Positions 60,922 through 64,000 of a DNA stretch of 64,000 nt are shown here, piece after piece (position 1 is the stretch's first letter; each line of letters begins with the position of its first letter). The notes beneath the pieces are model-generated. The model made no database searches and was not told the origin of the DNA. It was given only the letters and a program-made list of their open reading frames with translations. Position numbers and translations under genes: made by a program. The stretch comes from an uncultured bacterium (lineage in GTDB: Bacteria; Patescibacteriota; Saccharimonadia; UBA4664): NCBI GenBank assembly GCA_963740635.1, contig CAVUEQ010000003.1:33350-97349 (forward strand). Direction: 5' to 3'.

Positions 60922-61209
60922 ATGACTGGTCCAGATTGGGATAAGCCTTACACGCCGCCGACTTACATCAAGCCGGGCATCCGGCGGCCGGATGTTTACG
61001 CGCCGCAGAACCCTGAGGGCGATCCGGGGAATAATCCGGGAAACGACCGGGCGGATCTGATTGCGTTCTTCGCCGTGTTCTTGGTGGTGTTGCTGGTGCT
61101 GATAGGGGCCGGCTGGGCCGCCGGCCTGGCTTTTGTGGCAGCAGTGATGTTCGGAGGGATTGCCGCGCGGCTCGCTGAGTATCTGGTTAGCAAGAGGGAC
61201 CAGAAATGA
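60922..61209 (+). CDS. Small Pro-rich protein with a C-terminal double TM segment
   Basis: Start set at MTGPDWDKPYTPPTY with AAAGGAGAGGG upstream. Confidence 0.5.
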   Translation: MTGPDWDKPYTPPTYIKPGIRRPDVYAPQNPEGDPGNNPGNDRADLIAFFAVFLVVLLVLIGAGWAAGLAFVAAVMFGGIAARLAEYLVSKRDQK

Positions 61210-61862
61210 GAAAACGGCGGCCGATTTGGTGGAATCTTGTGGCCGGCTCAGCAGCCATCCTGCTGGTATGGCTGCTAATCACGTCCTGGGCTTCACCCTC
61301 CAAGGGCGCCCATCCGTCCACCGGTCCCCCGCCGGCAGCGGCTCCGGCCGGGCCGTGCGCAGGGTACTACTCCCAGCAGGTGATTAAGCGCCCGCACTAC
61401 GATGTATACGATGCGGTCGTCACCGGCGATGAGTTCGGCCCGGAAGTATCGGGCCGGACTGCGCCGGAGATCCTGGGTGTGCTGCAGACGCGGGCGTGCT
61501 ACAACTCAGCGTTGCTCGTGGACCTCACGAATCACGCGCTGTACGGCATCGAGCCGCATGTGAGCGTAGCGTCGCGGCGCCAGGAAATCGAGTCGCTGAA
61601 TCAGGGTCCAGGAGCCGCCTGGGACCAGAAGGTCAACGCGCTGATGGCCATTGTCCGCTCGGGCGCCCACATCGAGCCGCGGGACGGGGCCTACCGCAGC
61701 TGGTGGTACAAGCCGGGTCCGTTACCCACGGACATCCCGGCGCTGTACACCGGCAATGCGCCGGCACGCCAGTCCGTTTACCTCGTGTACACGAAGAAGG
61801 GCAGCGGGACGCGGTATCTGCGGCTGGAATGTGATTTCCAACCCTCCGACCCGCTGTCATAA
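61206..61862 (+). CDS. Membrane-anchored or secreted hypothetical protein
   Basis: 218 aa. The N-terminus MRKRRPIWWNLVAGSAAILLVWLLI looks like a signal anchor. It overlaps the upstream gene by 4 nt. Confidence 0.6.
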   Translation: MRKRRPIWWNLVAGSAAILLVWLLITSWASPSKGAHPSTGPPPAAAPAGPCAGYYSQQVIKRPHYDVYDAVVTGDEFGPEVSGRTAPEILGVLQTRACYNSALLVDLTNHALYGIEPHVSVASRRQEIESLNQGPGAAWDQKVNALMAIVRSGAHIEPRDGAYRSWWYKPGPLPTDIPALYTGNAPARQSVYLVYTKKGSGTRYLRLECDFQPSDPLS

Positions 61863-61977
61863 GCGGGACGAGGTCGCTCGTGGGCGGGGGCTGACACCTC
61901 CCGCTCACGAGCCTCAAATTTTTGCAATTATTCCAGAGGGTACCATTTAATGAGAGTCATTGACACCTATCATGGAA

Positions 61978-62280
61978 TTAATGTTTACCATACGATTCAG
62001 CGATGGTAAAGATTAGTTTGTCCATGCGTTGGTTGAGGTTGGTGCGGACAGCACGAATTTCATCCCGGACAGCACGGGTTTCGGATTGTGACTCCTGCTT
62101 AAACTGTGAGAGGTCAGCTTCGATGGTGTCTAAGCGATGAGAGGTCTTGCCGAGGTTGAAGATCTTACTGGCAAACCATAAGAAGCCACTCATGACGATG
62201 GCGACGGTGGTTGCGATGGTGCTGATATTGGTCCAATCGGGAGAGGTCATAAACAGGCTCCTATACAAGTATTCTAGCAT
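61978..62280 (-). CDS. Hypothetical TM plus coiled-coil protein, AT-rich gene
   Basis: 100-aa ORF, with an alternative start at ATG 62250. It is clearly lower in GC than the flanking ruvA. Confidence 0.5.
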   Translation of the reverse strand: MLEYLYRSLFMTSPDWTNISTIATTVAIVMSGFLWFASKIFNLGKTSHRLDTIEADLSQFKQESQSETRAVRDEIRAVRTNLNQRMDKLIFTIAESYGKH

Positions 62281-62325
62281 AGAAATAGAGTAATGTACGG
62301 TTTTTGTTTGGTCAAGGTTAACGCT

Positions 62326-62886
62326 TTATTTGCCGGCGCCCTTGAGCGCGGCCTTGAGGCGGGCCTGGTCGCCGGTGATTTTATCAGGGATGGCGGCCAC
62401 GGCGGTGGCGGCTTGGGGCGGGGTGAAGCCGAGGCCGATGAGGGCCTGGTAGGTGGGGTCGGCGACCGGCGCGAGGCCGGCACTCCCCTGCTCGACCCGG
62501 CCGCGCAGCTCCATGATGACGCGGTGGGCCGTCTTGGGGCCGACGCCGGTGATGCCTTTGAGCAGATCCGGGTCGCCTGAGGCAATGGCCTGGCGCAGCC
62601 GCGGCTCGCCCGCCGCCGAGAGGATTTGCAGCGCCAGCTTGGGGCCCACGCCGGAAATTCCCAGTAGCTGGGCAAATAATTGCCTGGAAGCAAGGCCGGC
62701 GAAGCCGTACAGATTGTGCGCGTCTTCGCGGATTTGCTCGTAAACATAATAGGTGCCGACCGCCCCGAGCGTGGCACTCCCCCATTCTTCCGTGGTCACG
62801 AACAGTTCGTAGCCGACGCCCCCGGCCTCCACCACGAGGCTGGTTTCGAATTTCTCGGTGATAACGCCGCGCAATGTAGCAATCAT
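62326..62886 (-). CDS. ruvA: Holliday junction DNA helicase subunit RuvA
   Basis: Start set at MIATLRGVITEKFETSLVVEAGGVGYELFV. It has the HhH motifs GISGVGPKLALQIL and GITGVGPKTAHRVI. Confidence 0.9.
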   Translation of the reverse strand: MIATLRGVITEKFETSLVVEAGGVGYELFVTTEEWGSATLGAVGTYYVYEQIREDAHNLYGFAGLASRQLFAQLLGISGVGPKLALQILSAAGEPRLRQAIASGDPDLLKGITGVGPKTAHRVIMELRGRVEQGSAGLAPVADPTYQALIGLGFTPPQAATAVAAIPDKITGDQARLKAALKGAGK

Positions 62887-62954
62887 GGAGTAATTGTAGC
62901 AGCCTGTGCCAGGCCCATTGGTGCCCACGGCTAAATCGAGCTAAAATGAGGTTA

Positions 62955-64000
62955 ATGAATGTCTTAATGATAGCCGGCGAAGTGGCCCCGTACGCGAAAA
63001 CCGGGGGCCTTGGGGAGGTGATGGCGGCGCTGCCCAAGGCGGTGCGGCGGCTGGGGCATGACGTGCGCGTGTTTATGCCCCGCTACGGCTCGATCGACCG
63101 GCAGCTGTACCCGATGGTGCCGATCGGCAAAACGACCAACCTGATCGTGGGGGGCGAGAAGACGCCGATTAGTTTTTCGGCCAGCATCTTGGCGCAAGAG
63201 GTGCCGATTTACTTTTTGGAGTCGGCGGTATATTTTCCGCCGGACCAGACGACTATCTACGACCCCACGCGGGGCAATCTGCCGTTTTACGCTTTTAATT
63301 TGAGCGTGTTCCGGCTGCTCGAAACGCTCGACTGGGTGCCGGATATCATTCACGTGCACGACTGGCACGCCGGGTTGATTCCCAACATCATCAAGTACCT
63401 GCCGGCCAGCTCGCCGTTCGCGGGCATTGCGACGGTGGAGACCATCCATAACAGCTCGTACGTGGCGATAGCCGACCAGTGGGCGATTCCCGAGAGCGAG
63501 CGCGACACGGGGACGGGGCTGCCGCCGACCAACCTGGAGAAGGTGAAGTATATTAACTTTTTGAAGCGCGGCATCGTGGGCGCCGACATCGTGACCACGG
63601 TGAGCGAGCAGTACGCCAAGGAACTGCTGGTGCCCAAAACCAGCCATGGCCTCAGCGACGTGCTGGTGCCGCGCGCGCGGACGTTTTTCGGGATTCGCAA
63701 CGGGGTGGATTATTCGTACTGGAACCCGATGTTCGACCCCAACCTGCCGGTAAACTACGACTTTGAGATTATGCACCGCAAATACGACAACAAGCGGGCG
63801 CTGCAGCACCGCATGAACCTGCCGATCGACGACAGTGTGCCGGTGCTGGGTATGAATTCGCGGATAACGGAGCAAAAGGGCTTCAGTCTGGTGCTGAAGA
63901 TTTTTGACCAGCTGATCGCGAAGGGAATCCAGCTGGTGGTGGTGGGCGACTCGAGCTCGGGGTCGTCGTATTCGGCGTTTTTGACCGAGAAGATGAAGCG
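62955..64000 (+). CDS. glgA: Glycogen/starch synthase (GT5), N-terminal part (continues beyond the window)
   Basis: Not in the track because there is no stop. Own translation: MNVLMIAGEVAPYAKTGGLGEVMAALPKAVRRLGHDVRVFMPRYG...IHVHDWHAGLIP. Confidence 0.9.
   Translation, partial: MNVLMIAGEVAPYAKTGGLGEVMAALPKAVRRLGHDVRVFMPRYGSIDRQLYPMVPIGKTTNLIVGGEKTPISFSASILAQEVPIYFLESAVYFPPDQTTIYDPTRGNLPFYAFNLSVFRLLETLDWVPDIIHVHDWHAGLIPNIIKYLPASSPFAGIATVETIHNSSYVAIADQWAIPESERDTGTGLPPTNLEKVKYINFLKRGIVGADIVTTVSEQYAKELLVPKTSHGLSDVLVPRARTFFGIRNGVDYSYWNPMFDPNLPVNYDFEIMHRKYDNKRALQHRMNLPIDDSVPVLGMNSRITEQKGFSLVLKIFDQLIAKGIQLVVVGDSSSGSSYSAFLTEKMK

Noticed and set aside
1-64000. Alternative genetic code (UGA recoding, as in some CPR lineages).
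   Set aside because: TGA terminates conserved genes at their expected ends (serC at 36827-29, prs at 38023-25, pilM at 57075-77), and no in-frame TGA interrupts conserved genes.
1-64000. CRISPR arrays, rRNA genes, reverse transcriptase or DGR components, and integrases.
   Set aside because: I found none of these when reading the intergenic regions and the ORF translations.

Overview
GC-rich (roughly 60% by eye), tightly packed bacterial chromosome segment made up mostly of housekeeping genes. The gene content suggests a reduced-genome Patescibacteria/Saccharibacteria-like organism, but this is inference only. Supporting features are RNase Y, a short TsaB plus TsaE, YmdB, HU, a class II RNR with B12 salvage, a thioredoxin system, serA/serC, prs, murB, glgA, a complete-looking type IV pilus operon, and many orphan acidic, secreted or membrane proteins. 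Seven tRNA genes are present (Lys-CTT, Arg-TCG, Arg-CCG, His-GTG, Pro-TGG, Gly-TCC, Arg-TCT), all with encoded CCA. There are two type II TA pairs (mazEF-like, hicAB). TGA is used as a stop, so the standard code applies. Main observations: (1) two diverged IS200/RAYT-type HUH tyrosine transposase genes lie in tandem, each bracketed by its own pair of inverted hairpin repeats with a shared G/A-CG triloop, and a GNAT gene fits exactly between them; (2) four single-nucleotide frameshifts cluster within 58.39-60.16 kb, two of them compensating inside ruvB, and ruvA and ruvB are separated by a 2-kb insertion; (3) two small insertions are bounded by direct repeats, one duplicating the 3' end of a ydeI-like gene and one duplicating the tRNA-His 3' end next to hicAB; (4) an unassigned ~100-nt structured element lies between nrdJ and the B12-salvage genes; (5) NrdR boxes, a CRP-like palindrome and tandem TTCCA-N5-TGGAA palindromes are candidate operators. 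No CRISPR array, rRNA, integrase or reverse transcriptase was seen.
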